Shown here piece after piece: positions 49,247 through 60,001 of a stretch of DNA of 64,000 bases. The stretch comes from an uncultured Bacilli bacterium. GTDB lineage: Bacteria > Bacillota_I > Bacilli_A > RF39 > UBA660. The position numbers and the translations under genes are program-made. The stretch spans positions 75,805 through 139,804 of the forward strand of contig CAKPGL010000002.1 of the NCBI GenBank assembly GCA_934154785.1, written 5' to 3'. How positions within the stretch are numbered: the stretch's first letter is position 1; each line of letters begins with the position of its first letter. The notes under the pieces were generated by a model, which saw only the letters and a program-made list of their open reading frames with translations, did not search any database and was not told the DNA's origin.

Positions 49247-49978
49247 ATGAAGATTGGTGTATTTGATTCAGGTATTGGTGGGTTAACTGTATTAAAGGAG
49301 ATAATAGATAAATATCCTAACTGTGAATATATATATTATGGTGATACTCTTCATTTACCTTATGGTGAAAAAACAAAGAAAGAATTATTAAATTTAGTAT
49401 CCAAAATTATTGAGTTTTTTATTACTCAAAAAGTTGATTTGGTGGTTATAGCATGTGGAACAGTAAGTTCTACTATATATGAAGAATTATCTTATTTATA
49501 TGATATAAAAATGATTAATATTATAACTACTACAATTGATAAAATAAAAAAAGATAAAATTAATAAATTAGCGGTACTCGCTACTAAAAAGACAATAGAT
49601 AGTCATGTATTTTCTAAAAATTTAGATTCTACTGATGTAATAGAAATAGCGTGCCCTAATTTTGTTCCTTATCTTGAACGCAATATTGGTAATATAGATG
49701 ATATTTTAGATGATTCTTTATTTAAAATAAAAGAACAAAAAATTAATAATATAGTTTTAGGATGTACACACTATCCTTTATTAGCCAAAGATATCAAATC
49801 ATATTTAGGGTATGATGTTAATTTTTATAATCTTGGTAAAATAGTAGCGGATACATTAAATTTAACAGGAAACAATTTTAAATTAGATATGTATTTTAGC
49901 TTTATTGATGATAATCTTTTAAAAAATATAAATAAAATTATTGATAAAGAGAAAACTATACAAAAATTGGTACTTTAA
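49247..49978 (+). CDS. murI: Glutamate racemase.
   Basis: VFDSGIGGLTVL and the conserved catalytic Cys regions. Confidence 0.85.
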   Translation: MKIGVFDSGIGGLTVLKEIIDKYPNCEYIYYGDTLHLPYGEKTKKELLNLVSKIIEFFITQKVDLVVIACGTVSSTIYEELSYLYDIKMINIITTTIDKIKKDKINKLAVLATKKTIDSHVFSKNLDSTDVIEIACPNFVPYLERNIGNIDDILDDSLFKIKEQKINNIVLGCTHYPLLAKDIKSYLGYDVNFYNLGKIVADTLNLTGNNFKLDMYFSFIDDNLLKNINKIIDKEKTIQKLVL

Positions 49979-50019
49979 AAGTGCCTTTTTTTAATGTATA
50001 ATATCTTTAGGTGATGTAT

Positions 50020-50838
50020 ATGCCAGAACTACCAGAAGTAGAGACTGTAAAAAACACTTTAAAAAGATTAGTGTTAAATAAAAAAATTAATAATGTAAAG
50101 GTATTGTATCCTAATATGATAGAGTATCCTAATGTAGAAGAATTTATAAAGGAATTAAAGGGAAAAACTATAATAGATATTAAAAGACGTGGTAAATGGT
50201 TATTGTTTGAATTTGATAATAAATATCTTGTTAGTCATTTAAGAATGGAAGGAAAGTTCTTTATTCATGAACATAATGATCCAATTAATAAACATGAACA
50301 TGTTATATTTTCTTTTGATGATAATGAATTAAGATATCAAGATACTCGTAAATTTGGACGAATGTATTTAATTGATAAAGATAAGTTAGAAACTTCTAAG
50401 CCAATTTGTGATTTAGGCTTAGAACCTTGGAATAAAAATCTTACAGTAGAATATCTAAAAGATAAATATAAGAAAAAGAAATTACCTATAAAAACAGTTT
50501 TACTTGATCAAAGTATAATTACAGGAATAGGTAATATATATGCTGATGAAATATTATTCTTATCTAGAATAAATCCTTTATGTAAGAGTTGTGATTTGAG
50601 TGATACTGATTTAACTAATATTATTAATAATACAAGAGATGAATTAGAGCGTGCTATTAAACTAGGTGGCACTACGATTAAGAGTTATGAATCTGCTAAA
50701 GGTGTACATGGACTTTTTCAAAACGAATTATTAGTACATGGAAAAAATAATGAATGTTGTAGCGTATGCAATGAAAAAATAGTTAAAACTGTAGTAGGTG
50801 GTAGAGGAACATACTATTGCCCTAATTGTCAGAAATAG
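50020..50838 (+). CDS. mutM: Formamidopyrimidine-DNA glycosylase.
   Basis: N-terminal MPELPEVE and a C-terminal zinc finger CxxC...CxxC. Confidence 0.85.
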   Translation: MPELPEVETVKNTLKRLVLNKKINNVKVLYPNMIEYPNVEEFIKELKGKTIIDIKRRGKWLLFEFDNKYLVSHLRMEGKFFIHEHNDPINKHEHVIFSFDDNELRYQDTRKFGRMYLIDKDKLETSKPICDLGLEPWNKNLTVEYLKDKYKKKKLPIKTVLLDQSIITGIGNIYADEILFLSRINPLCKSCDLSDTDLTNIINNTRDELERAIKLGGTTIKSYESAKGVHGLFQNELLVHGKNNECCSVCNEKIVKTVVGGRGTYYCPNCQK

Positions 50839-50846
50839 GTGGATAT

Positions 50847-51704
50847 ATGAATGGAATATTGTTAGTTAACAAGGAACCAGGAATTACTAGTCGTGATGTT
50901 GTTAACAAAGTATGTAAGATATTTAATACTAAAAAAGTAGGACATACTGGTACTTTAGATCCTCTTGCTAGTGGAGTGTTAGTCCTTTGTATTGGTTCCG
51001 CAACGAAAGTAGTAGAAATATTAACCTCTAATGATAAAGAATATGAAGCTGAAATGTTACTTGGTATATCTACAGATACTTATGATATAACTGGTAAAGT
51101 CTTAAAAGAAGAAGAAGTATTTGTAAGTGAAGAACAAATAAAGACTGCTTTAAATAGTATGATTGGCACCTATGAACAGGAAGTACCTATTTATTCCGCT
51201 GTTAAAATAAATGGTAAAAAACTATATGATTACGCTAGAAATAACGAAGAGATAAATTTACCAAGTAGAAGTGTAACAATTAAAAATATATCTTTATTAA
51301 ATATAAGTGATAATAATAGAAGAATCACTTTTAAGGTACAGGTTAGTAAAGGAACATATATTAGAAGTTTAATCTGTGATATTGCTAAAAAATTAAATAC
51401 TGTAGGCACTATGACTAAATTAACTCGTACTAGACAAGGAAATTTTTCCTTAGATGAGTGTTATACACTAACACAAATTGAACAAGGAGATTATAAATTA
51501 TTAGATATTAATACTTGTTTAAATGACTTTTTTAAAGTAATTGTTACTGGTAACTTAGAGCGGGCCGTTAAAAATGGTGCTGTTATTACTAATAGATGGC
51601 AAAGGGGAAAGGTTTTATTTACTGATGAACACTCTAATTTAATAGCGTTATATAAAAAGTATGAAAAAGATGATAAGATGTTAAAACCTTGGAAAATGTT
51701 TTAG
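50847..51704 (+). CDS. truB: tRNA pseudouridine-55 synthase TruB.
   Basis: GHTGTLDPLASGVL catalytic motif. Confidence 0.85.
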   Translation: MNGILLVNKEPGITSRDVVNKVCKIFNTKKVGHTGTLDPLASGVLVLCIGSATKVVEILTSNDKEYEAEMLLGISTDTYDITGKVLKEEEVFVSEEQIKTALNSMIGTYEQEVPIYSAVKINGKKLYDYARNNEEINLPSRSVTIKNISLLNISDNNRRITFKVQVSKGTYIRSLICDIAKKLNTVGTMTKLTRTRQGNFSLDECYTLTQIEQGDYKLLDINTCLNDFFKVIVTGNLERAVKNGAVITNRWQRGKVLFTDEHSNLIALYKKYEKDDKMLKPWKMF

Positions 51705-51841
51705 AAAAGTATCAAAAGTACTTGCAAATATCATATAATTAGTGTATATTATTCATGTACTTGTTCCGGGGCTTTAGTGAATTCCTCAAATGTGTACTTA
51801 ACCTCAGAGCGTAGTGAATATAAAATAAGGAGGATAAAATA

Positions 51842-52111
51842 ATGGCTTTAACTAAAGAAAAAACAACTGAAATTGTTAAAAAGTATGGTAAAAATGAACA
51901 AGATACTGGTTCAATTGAAGTACAAATTGCTTTATTAACAGAAGAAATTAACAATTTAACAGACCATTTTAAAGAACATCCACAAGATTTCCATTCTAAA
52001 CGTGGATTACTTAAAAAAGTTGGTCAAAGAAGAAGTTTATTAAATTACTTAGTAAAGAACGATGTTACAAGATATCGTGCTATTGTTAAGAGTTTAGGAT
52101 TAAGAAAATAA
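51842..52111 (+). CDS. rpsO: 30S ribosomal protein S15.
   Basis: 89 aa, with the [22 protein letters not shown]...HSKRGLL pattern. Confidence 0.9.
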   Translation: MALTKEKTTEIVKKYGKNEQDTGSIEVQIALLTEEINNLTDHFKEHPQDFHSKRGLLKKVGQRRSLLNYLVKNDVTRYRAIVKSLGLRK

Positions 52112-52180
52112 TTATAAAATAGTAGGCACTTTTTTTAAGTGTCTTTATTTTTACAATTTAATAGAAAAGAGGTAGTAAAA

Positions 52181-54310
52181 ATGAAAAAAGTATTTGAATT
52201 AGATTTTAGAGGAAGAAAGATAACTGTTGAAAATGGCGAACTTGCTAAACAAGCAACAGGTGCGGTACTTGTTAGATATGGTGATACGGTTGTTCTTTCA
52301 ACTGCAGTTGTAAAAGATGAAGCAAATGTTTTATCTGATTTCTTCCCATTAATGGTAGTTTATCAAGAAAAATTATATTCAGTTGGTAAAATACCGGGTG
52401 GATTTATAAAAAGAGAAGGACGTCCTACTGACCAAGCAACATTAGCCGCTCGTATGATTGATAGACCAATGCGTCCAATGTTCCCAGAAGATTTTAAGAA
52501 TGAAGTGCAAATTGTAAATACTGTATTATCTGTAGACCAAGATAATTCTCCAGAACTTACAGCATTACTTGGTTCTTCAATAGCAACTTCTATTAGTAAA
52601 ATACCTTTTGATGGACCAATTGCCGCTGTTAAAGTAGGTAGAATAAATGGGGAATTTATTATCAACCCTACCGTAGAACAAGCTGAAATTTCTGATATAG
52701 ATTTAACAGTTGCGGGTACAGAACACGCTATTAACATGGTAGAAGCTGGTGCAAAAGAAGTATCAGAAGATGATATGTTAGAAGCTCTTATGTTTGGTCA
52801 CGAGGCTATTAAAGAGTTAGTCGCATTCCAAAAACAAATAATTGCGGAAATTGGTGAACCAAAAATGGAATATGAAGTATTAGAAATAACTGATACTTTG
52901 AAAGAAGAAATATCTACACTTGCTAGTGTTAAATTAGATTCCGCAATGCGTATTAAAGATAAATTAGAAAAATATGCCGCTATAGACGCTGTAAAAGAAG
53001 AAGTTGTTGAAAAATATAAGAATGAAAATACTGATTTAACAGAAGAAGAATTAAATATTTTAATTACTAAGGTAAAATTAGTGTTAGAACAAATTGAATA
53101 TGAAATATTTAGACGCATTGTAGTTAAAGAACATACTCGTGCTGATGGTAGAGAAATGACAGAGATTCGTCCAATTTCTACTGATATAGATTTATTACCA
53201 CGTACACATGGTAGTGCACTATTTACTCGTGGACAAACACAAAGTTTATCTGTTGTAACTTTAGGTGCTTTAGGAGAACATCAAATTTTAGATGGACTAG
53301 GAATTGAAGATGAAAAAAGATTTATGTTACATTATAATTTTCCTGCTTTCTCAGTTGGTGAAACTGGTAGATATGGAGCACCTGGTAGAAGAGAAATTGG
53401 ACACGGTGCCCTAGGAGAAAGAGCATTAGCTCAAGTTATACCAAGTGAAGATGAGTTTCCTTATACTATTCGTGTAGTATCTGAAATATTAGAGAGTAAT
53501 GGTTCTTCTAGTCAAGCAAGTATTTGTGCTGGTTGTATGGCTTTAATGGCTGCTGGTGTACCAATTAAAGCTCCAGTTGCGGGTATTGCAATGGGACTTA
53601 TTACTGACGGTGATGATTATACAATTTTAACAGATATCCAAGGTATGGAAGACCATTTGGGAGATATGGATTTTAAAGTAGCGGGTACTAAAGATGGTAT
53701 TTGTGCTCTACAAATGGATATCAAGATTAAAGGTATTACTAAAGAGATTTTAAAGAAGGCATTAGCCCAAGCAAAAGTTGCTCGTTTTGAAATACTAGAA
53801 AAAATTACTAATCAAATTGCGGAACCACGTAAAGAAGTTAGTAAATACGCTCCAAAGACAATGACATTTATGATCGATCCTAATCGTATTAAAGAAGTTA
53901 TTGGTAAGGGTGGAGAAATGATTACTAAGATTATCTTAGAAGCAAGTAATGTAACTGCTGTAACAGATGTAAACGCTGTTAAAGTTGACTTAGAAGATGA
54001 TGGAAGAGTTATTATTTATCATACTGATCAAAGTATTATTGATAAAACTGCACAAATGATTAAAGATGTAGTTCGTACTGTAGAAGATGGTCACATTTAT
54101 ACAGGAAAAGTAGTTAAAGTAGAAGACTTTGGTTGTTTTGTAGAATTATGGCCTGGTTGCGAAGGCTTAGTTCACGTATCACAATTAGCAGAAGAAAGAG
54201 TAGAAAAACCTTCTGATGTAGTTAAAGTAGGAGATGAAATAATTGTTAAATCTCTTGGCTATGATAAGAGAGGTCGTTTAAATCTTTCTCGTAAAGAAGC
54301 TTTAAAATAA
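52181..54310 (+). CDS. pnp: Polynucleotide phosphorylase.
   Basis: Two RNase PH domains, KH, and C-terminal S1. The start was moved to MKKVFELDF after the SD AGAGG. Confidence 0.9.
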   Translation: MKKVFELDFRGRKITVENGELAKQATGAVLVRYGDTVVLSTAVVKDEANVLSDFFPLMVVYQEKLYSVGKIPGGFIKREGRPTDQATLAARMIDRPMRPMFPEDFKNEVQIVNTVLSVDQDNSPELTALLGSSIATSISKIPFDGPIAAVKVGRINGEFIINPTVEQAEISDIDLTVAGTEHAINMVEAGAKEVSEDDMLEALMFGHEAIKELVAFQKQIIAEIGEPKMEYEVLEITDTLKEEISTLASVKLDSAMRIKDKLEKYAAIDAVKEEVVEKYKNENTDLTEEELNILITKVKLVLEQIEYEIFRRIVVKEHTRADGREMTEIRPISTDIDLLPRTHGSALFTRGQTQSLSVVTLGALGEHQILDGLGIEDEKRFMLHYNFPAFSVGETGRYGAPGRREIGHGALGERALAQVIPSEDEFPYTIRVVSEILESNGSSSQASICAGCMALMAAGVPIKAPVAGIAMGLITDGDDYTILTDIQGMEDHLGDMDFKVAGTKDGICALQMDIKIKGITKEILKKALAQAKVARFEILEKITNQIAEPRKEVSKYAPKTMTFMIDPNRIKEVIGKGGEMITKIILEASNVTAVTDVNAVKVDLEDDGRVIIYHTDQSIIDKTAQMIKDVVRTVEDGHIYTGKVVKVEDFGCFVELWPGCEGLVHVSQLAEERVEKPSDVVKVGDEIIVKSLGYDKRGRLNLSRKEALK

Positions 54311-54327
54311 TAATTATAGTTACTATA

Positions 54328-54362
54328 AAAGACATTGAATTAAACACTCAATGTCTTTTTAC
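54328..54362. terminator. Bidirectional terminator AAGACATTGA...TCAATGTCTT plus a T-run, between pnp and a convergent lipoprotein gene.
   Basis: 10-bp inverted repeat read from the sequence. Confidence 0.55.
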
Positions 54363-54382
54363 TCCTAACTATATGGATTTTA

Positions 54383-54775
54383 TTATTTACAAGTTAGTTT
54401 TTCTTCTTCCATGATTTTAATAAATTCGTCTTTTGTAAACTCTTGTTTATCTTTTTCACTACTTAATAATTTTAAGTAATTCTTAAATGTAATAGTTTTA
54501 TCTTTACAATCGTAATCGAATTTATCTTCATCTTTTTCAGCCATGCTATTAGCAAGATTAAAAATTCCACACATAGTGCTGGCTGTTTTAGAATCATCAA
54601 ATTCCATCTTAGCAGTTACATTTGTAACTTTATTATCTTTTATTTCAGCTTTAATTTCTGATTTAACTTTTATACCGTCTTCATCTTGTGTACCTGTACA
54701 AGTAATAGTATTACTCTTACCACAACCAGTTAAAAGAAATAATGATAATATAGATAAAAATAAAATCTTCTTCAT
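54383..54775 (-). CDS. Small lipoprotein of unknown function.
   Basis: Lipobox LLTGCG. Confidence 0.5.
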   Translation of the reverse strand: MKKILFLSILSLFLLTGCGKSNTITCTGTQDEDGIKVKSEIKAEIKDNKVTNVTAKMEFDDSKTASTMCGIFNLANSMAEKDEDKFDYDCKDKTITFKNYLKLLSSEKDKQEFTKDEFIKIMEEEKLTCK

Positions 54776-54894
54776 AACTTACTCCTTCCTATATTAATGA
54801 TAACATACTAATTAAAAATAATAAAGTTTAAATTATTTTCTTGATAAAGATTACTATTTGTGCTATTATCATTAAGTAGAAATGAAGTGATTTT

Positions 54895-56316
54895 ATGTTA
54901 ATGCCTAATTTATTAGAAGCAAAAAAGAGAAGTAATAAAGAAGTGTTAGTTAAAACTAATGAATATATAGTTAAAGATAATTTAAAAAAACTAGGTTTAG
55001 GTAAGAAATATTTTGTTAAGACTTATGGTTGTCAAATGAATGAACATGATACAGAAAACATTAAAGCTATTTTAGAAGATATGTCATTTACAGAAACTAG
55101 TGATATGGATAATGCTGATTTAATCCTTTTAAATACTTGTGCTATTAGAGAAAACGCTCATAATAAAGTATTTGGTATGATAGGCCGTATTAAACATTTA
55201 AAGGAATCTAGACCTAATATAATTGCGGGTATTTGTGGTTGTATGGCTCAAGAAGAAAATGTTGTTAATGAAATTCTAGAAAAGTATAATTGGTTAGATA
55301 TTGTTTTTGGAACTCACAATATTTATAATTTACCAAATATTTTATATGAAACAATTAATAAAAAGGATTTAGAAGTAGAAGTACTTAGTATTGAAGGCGA
55401 TGTAGTTGAAAATATACCTGTAAAAAGAGATAGTAAATATAAAGCTTGGGTAAATATAATGTATGGTTGTGACAAGTTCTGTACTTATTGTATAGTACCT
55501 TATACTAGAGGTAAGCAAAGAAGTAGAAAGAAAGAATTTATTCTAGAAGAAGTAGAACAATTAGTAAAAGATGGCTATAAAGAGGTAACTTTACTTGGTC
55601 AAAATGTAAATGCCTATGGTAAAGATTTAGATACTAATTATAATATGAGTAATTTACTTGAAGATGTTGCTAAAACAGGTATTGAAAGAGTACGTTTTGT
55701 AACAAGTCATCCTTGGGACTTTACAGATGATATGATAGATATTATTAGTAAGTATGATAATATTATGCCTTATATTCATTTACCACTACAATCAGGTTCT
55801 TCACGAATTTTAAAACTAATGGGTCGAAGATATAGTAAAGAAGATTATTTAACTTTATTTAATAAAATAAAAGAAAAAGTTCCTAATTGTTCTATTACTA
55901 CTGATATAATAGTAGGATTTCCTGGTGAAACTAAAGAAGACTTTGAAGAAACTTTAGATGTTGTAAATAAGTGTAAATATGATTCTGCCTTTACATTTAT
56001 ATTTTCACCACGTGAAGGTACTCCTGCTGCCCGTATGAAAGATGATGTAACACTAGAAGAAAAGAATAATCGTTTATATGAATTAAATGAATTAATTAAT
56101 AAATATTCTAAAGAAGCTAATGATAAATATTTAAATAAAGTAGTACCAGTACTTTTAGAAAGTACTAGTGAAAAAGATGATAGCATGCTAATGGGGTATA
56201 CTGATACTATGAAATTAGTTAATGTAAAAGCCGGTAAAAATTTAATAGGTAAAATAGTTAACGTAAAGATAACAGATGTTAAAACTTGGAGTATGGATGG
56301 TAAAGTAGTTGATTAA
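54895..56316 (+). CDS. miaB: tRNA methylthiotransferase MiaB (radical SAM plus TRAM).
   Basis: TYGCQMNEHDTE, the radical-SAM triad CDKFCTYC, and a TRAM-like C-terminus. Confidence 0.8.
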   Translation: MLMPNLLEAKKRSNKEVLVKTNEYIVKDNLKKLGLGKKYFVKTYGCQMNEHDTENIKAILEDMSFTETSDMDNADLILLNTCAIRENAHNKVFGMIGRIKHLKESRPNIIAGICGCMAQEENVVNEILEKYNWLDIVFGTHNIYNLPNILYETINKKDLEVEVLSIEGDVVENIPVKRDSKYKAWVNIMYGCDKFCTYCIVPYTRGKQRSRKKEFILEEVEQLVKDGYKEVTLLGQNVNAYGKDLDTNYNMSNLLEDVAKTGIERVRFVTSHPWDFTDDMIDIISKYDNIMPYIHLPLQSGSSRILKLMGRRYSKEDYLTLFNKIKEKVPNCSITTDIIVGFPGETKEDFEETLDVVNKCKYDSAFTFIFSPREGTPAARMKDDVTLEEKNNRLYELNELINKYSKEANDKYLNKVVPVLLESTSEKDDSMLMGYTDTMKLVNVKAGKNLIGKIVNVKITDVKTWSMDGKVVD

Positions 56317-56375
56317 TTTAACTACTTTTTATTGTAAAAAAATCAAAAAAATGATACCATAATAATGGTGATAGT

Positions 56376-57182
56376 ATGAAGAAAGTAATAATAATTATTG
56401 GAACTATTATTTCTTTATTATTAATAGGAATAGGTATATATGGTTTAGTGTTAAGTGGTGATTTACCATTTTTAAATAATAAGAGTAATACTGGTGGAAA
56501 TACTAACAATAATACTGTAACATTTACTATGGAAGACTTAAAAAATAGTTTAGAAAGAATTAAAAATGCTAGTAGTATTGGTGTAACTACAAGTGTAGAT
56601 AGTAATAAAGAATCTAATAATATTACAGCAACTATGAATGTTGATCTTACTACTAAAGAAAATGAAACTGTAGCGTCTTTAAAAGGTGTAGAATTAGCCC
56701 ATGCTTATACAGTTTTGGAAAATGGTGAATTAGTAGATTACGCTACAATGCCAATGTTTGGTATGACTGATTGGTACAAGTCTGTTGGCACTTCTACTTT
56801 AACTTTTGATTTATCATATATGAATTTATTAATAGAAAATATAAGTCTTTTTAGAATAGAGGATAATGTTTTTAAAGCCCTTCTTCCTAAAGAAATAGCA
56901 AGTCAAATACTTGCAAGCAGTGATACAGAAAGTACATCAAGTACTGAAGAAGATGATACTGTAGTCTTTGGTGATGTTCAAGTTCAAATAAAATTATCTA
57001 ATGATAAAAATACTATAGATATAATTCTTGATTATAGTAATGTAATTAAAGAGAATGAGGAAACTTTTACTAAATTTATAATGACTGAGTCTTTTTCTAA
57101 TATAGATACTACTAAAATAGTTGTACCAGATGAAGTACGAAATAACGCAGTAGATTCAAGTCAAACAGAAACTGGTGAATAA
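56376..57182 (+). CDS. Membrane-anchored extracytoplasmic hypothetical protein.
   Basis: N-terminal TM plus a Ser/Thr/Asn-rich domain. Confidence 0.4.
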   Translation: MKKVIIIIGTIISLLLIGIGIYGLVLSGDLPFLNNKSNTGGNTNNNTVTFTMEDLKNSLERIKNASSIGVTTSVDSNKESNNITATMNVDLTTKENETVASLKGVELAHAYTVLENGELVDYATMPMFGMTDWYKSVGTSTLTFDLSYMNLLIENISLFRIEDNVFKALLPKEIASQILASSDTESTSSTEEDDTVVFGDVQVQIKLSNDKNTIDIILDYSNVIKENEETFTKFIMTESFSNIDTTKIVVPDEVRNNAVDSSQTETGE

Positions 57183-57241
57183 TCACCTTTTTTTGTACAT
57201 TTTTTTTATTTGTCGCATAAATTAAAGTAAGAGGTGATTAT

Positions 57242-57775
57242 ATGGCTGCATATAAAGAAATTGTTACAAAAGCGGTTATAGGAAAAGGTAAGAAATATTT
57301 TAAAAATAATTATACTGTAGAAGTAGATGGTAAACCAACTACTGTTTTAGGTTGCTGGGTTATTAATCATAAATTTAAAGGTTATAAATCAAGTGGTAAA
57401 ATCGGTGTAGATGGTTCTTATGATGTAAATATTTGGTATTCTTATGATGGTGATTCTAAGACTGCTGTTGTAAATAAGAGTATTGAATACAATGACTTAT
57501 TTAATATTAAAACTAGACAAGATGCTGATTTAAATGGTGATACTGATATCATTGTTAGGACTTTAAAACAACCAACTTGTTCTAAAGTAAATATTGATGA
57601 TAATGGTAATATAAATTTTGATATTGAAAAAGAATTAGGTGTTGAAATAGTTGGTGAAACTAAGATGAAGATTGCTATTGAAGAAGATGAAGATCCTTGG
57701 GAAGAAGTAGAGGACGAAGTAACAGATGAAGTAATAGAAGACATAGATAAAAATGTAAATGAAGATTATTTATAA
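57242..57775 (+). CDS. Hypothetical protein with an acidic C-terminal tail.
   Basis: ORF followed by the terminator AAAGCCT/AGGCTTT. Confidence 0.4.
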   Translation: MAAYKEIVTKAVIGKGKKYFKNNYTVEVDGKPTTVLGCWVINHKFKGYKSSGKIGVDGSYDVNIWYSYDGDSKTAVVNKSIEYNDLFNIKTRQDADLNGDTDIIVRTLKQPTCSKVNIDDNGNINFDIEKELGVEIVGETKMKIAIEEDEDPWEEVEDEVTDEVIEDIDKNVNEDYL

Positions 57776-57812
57776 AAGCCTAAGGCTTTTTTATTTTAAA
57801 TTTATACATAGT

Positions 57813-57858
57813 TTGTCAACAAAAATATGTTGACAACATATATTTATTGTGATATACT
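57813..57858 (+). promoter_or_regulatory. rpsP promoter TTGACA-17-TATACT, whose -35 lies in a perfect palindrome TTGTCAACA-aaaatat-GTTGACAA.
   Basis: Palindrome and hexamers read from the sequence. Confidence 0.5.
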
Positions 57859-57886
57859 TAATTCAGTAAACAAAAGGAGGTGCTTT

Positions 57887-58171
57887 ATGGCAGTTAAATT
57901 AAGATTAAAAAGAATGGGAAGTAAGAAAAAACCTTTCTACCGTGTTGTAGCAGCTGATTCAAGAAGTCCAAGAGATGGTAAAGTTATTGAAGAAATTGGA
58001 ACTTATAATCCAGTTACAAATCCAGCAGAAGTTAAAATCAATAAAGATTTAGCTATGAAATGGTTAAGTAATGGTGCACAACCAACCGATACTGTTAGAG
58101 ATTTATTTAGAGGTCAAGGACTTTTAAAAGAATTCCATGAACAAAAATTTACTAAAAAGGAAAGTAAGTAA
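57887..58171 (+). CDS. rpsP: 30S ribosomal protein S16.
   Basis: [31 protein letters not shown]. Confidence 0.9.
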   Translation: MAVKLRLKRMGSKKKPFYRVVAADSRSPRDGKVIEEIGTYNPVTNPAEVKINKDLAMKWLSNGAQPTDTVRDLFRGQGLLKEFHEQKFTKKESK

Positions 58172-58173
58172 TT

Positions 58174-58416
58174 ATGAGATTGGCAGAATTAACAGAGTTT
58201 TTAGTTAAAAATTTAGTTCATGATCCAGATTCAGTATCTGTAAAACATTTTGAAGATGATGATTATATTACAATTGAAGTGCTTGTTTCAGAAGATGAAA
58301 TTGGTGCTGTAATTGGTAAAAAAGGTGTAATAGCTAAAGCAATAAGAACCATTGTTTATGCTTCAAGTTACGCTAATCATGAGAAAAAAGTAAGAATTAA
58401 CATTGATTCATTATAA
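58174..58416 (+). CDS. khpA: KH-domain RNA-binding protein KhpA.
   Basis: 80 aa, with the GxxG loop in IGKKGVIAKAIR. Confidence 0.75.
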   Translation: MRLAELTEFLVKNLVHDPDSVSVKHFEDDDYITIEVLVSEDEIGAVIGKKGVIAKAIRTIVYASSYANHEKKVRINIDSL

Positions 58417-58478
58417 TGTTAATTCTTTTTTCTTGTGTTTAAATAGTTAATGTATTATAATTATTTTAGGGTGATAAG

Positions 58479-59207
58479 GTGAAGTTAGAAGATAATAATA
58501 TTCCTAAGCATGTAGCTATTATCCTAGATGGCAATGGTAGATGGGCTGAAAGACAGGGTAAATCTCGAAGTGAAGGTCATAAAGCAGGTTTAGACCGTTT
58601 TAAGAGTTTAAGTGAATATATTATTAATAAAGGTATTAAAGTATTAAGTGTATTTGCTTTTTCTACAGAAAACTTTAAAAGAGATAAAAAAGAAGTAGAT
58701 TATTTGATGAATTTATTTTCTAATGGTTTAAAAAGTTCTATTAAATTTTTTGGTGATAGAAATATTAAAGTGATTGTATCAGGGAGAAAAGATAATCTTC
58801 CTAAAAAAGTAATAAATACTATTAATACTTTAGAAAATAAAACAAAAGATAATACTTTAGGTATATTAAATATATGTCTAAATTATGGTGGTAAGGCTGA
58901 AATAATTGACGCTAGTAAAGAAATTACTAAAGATGTAATTGCTGGTAAAATATCTATAGATGATATAAATGAAGAATTATTTAAAAGATATTTATATAAT
59001 AATTTAATAGATGTAGATTTATTAATTCGAACTGGAGGAGAACTTCGTATAAGTAATTTTATGATTTACGAGTCAGCATATGCTGAACTATATTTTACAG
59101 ATACTTATTTTCCTGATTTTGATGAGTTAGAATTTGATAAAGCTTTAGATAGTTTTAATAAAAGAGATAGAAGGTTTGGTGGAGTTAATGGTAACAAGAA
59201 TAATTAG
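58479..59207 (+). CDS. uppS: Undecaprenyl diphosphate synthase (GTG start).
   Basis: IPKHVAIILDGNGRWA and the C-terminal RTGGELRISNF. Confidence 0.85.
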   Translation: MKLEDNNIPKHVAIILDGNGRWAERQGKSRSEGHKAGLDRFKSLSEYIINKGIKVLSVFAFSTENFKRDKKEVDYLMNLFSNGLKSSIKFFGDRNIKVIVSGRKDNLPKKVINTINTLENKTKDNTLGILNICLNYGGKAEIIDASKEITKDVIAGKISIDDINEELFKRYLYNNLIDVDLLIRTGGELRISNFMIYESAYAELYFTDTYFPDFDELEFDKALDSFNKRDRRFGGVNGNKNN

Positions 59208-59988
59208 TGCTTTAATAGCGGCAATAATATTTATTCCTTTACTTATAATAGGGGGAAATGTATTTGATGGTGCTGTTATAATAGTTGCACTACTTGGATT
59301 AAAAGAGTTTATTGATATAAAATGTACAAAAAAGGAAATGCCTATTTTTATAAAGTTAATGTCTTATCTTATAATGACTATTATTTTACTTAGTTCACTT
59401 GGACAAAAAGATTTAACTTTTTCTTTAGATTATAGATTATTAGCACTACTTTTTATAACATTCTTACTTCCAACAGTACTATATCGTGAAAAAGAAAAAT
59501 ATAGTATAAATGATGCATTTTATTTAATAGGGGGAATTTTATTTTTAGGAATATCTATGTCACTTATTATGCTAATTAGAAATACAAGTTTATGTTTAAC
59601 AATATATTTATTTTTAATTACAATTGTAACTGATACTTATGCTTATTTTACAGGAATGTTAATAGGAAAGCATAAATTAATAGAAAGAATTTCTCCTAAG
59701 AAAACTTGGGAAGGTTCTATTGGTGGTACTTTCTTTGGGGTACTTATTTCTAGTGTATTTTATCATTTCTTAGTATCACAAGTAACTCAAGTACCAGTTG
59801 TTATATTAGTAACATTTATTTTATCTATACTTGGACAATTTGGTGATTTAGTATTTTCTTGTATAAAGAGGTATTTTGGTAAAAAAGATTTTTCTAATAT
59901 TATGCCAGGTCATGGTGGAGTTTTGGATCGCTTAGATAGTATTATATTTGTACTACTAGGATTTATATTTTTTATGACAATTTTATAG
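59176..59988 (+). CDS. cdsA: Phosphatidate cytidylyltransferase.
   Basis: The KKTWEGSIGG motif. Confidence 0.75.
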   Translation: MVELMVTRIISALIAAIIFIPLLIIGGNVFDGAVIIVALLGLKEFIDIKCTKKEMPIFIKLMSYLIMTIILLSSLGQKDLTFSLDYRLLALLFITFLLPTVLYREKEKYSINDAFYLIGGILFLGISMSLIMLIRNTSLCLTIYLFLITIVTDTYAYFTGMLIGKHKLIERISPKKTWEGSIGGTFFGVLISSVFYHFLVSQVTQVPVVILVTFILSILGQFGDLVFSCIKRYFGKKDFSNIMPGHGGVLDRLDSIIFVLLGFIFFMTIL

Positions 59989-60001
59989 AAAGAAGGATAT
60001 T

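Noticed and set aside
52363-53118. Minus-strand ORFs inside pnp; likewise 8756-8992, 44259-44877 and 62564-62905 inside pilin, ftsZ and permease genes
   Set aside because: They are nested antisense ORFs within high-confidence genes.
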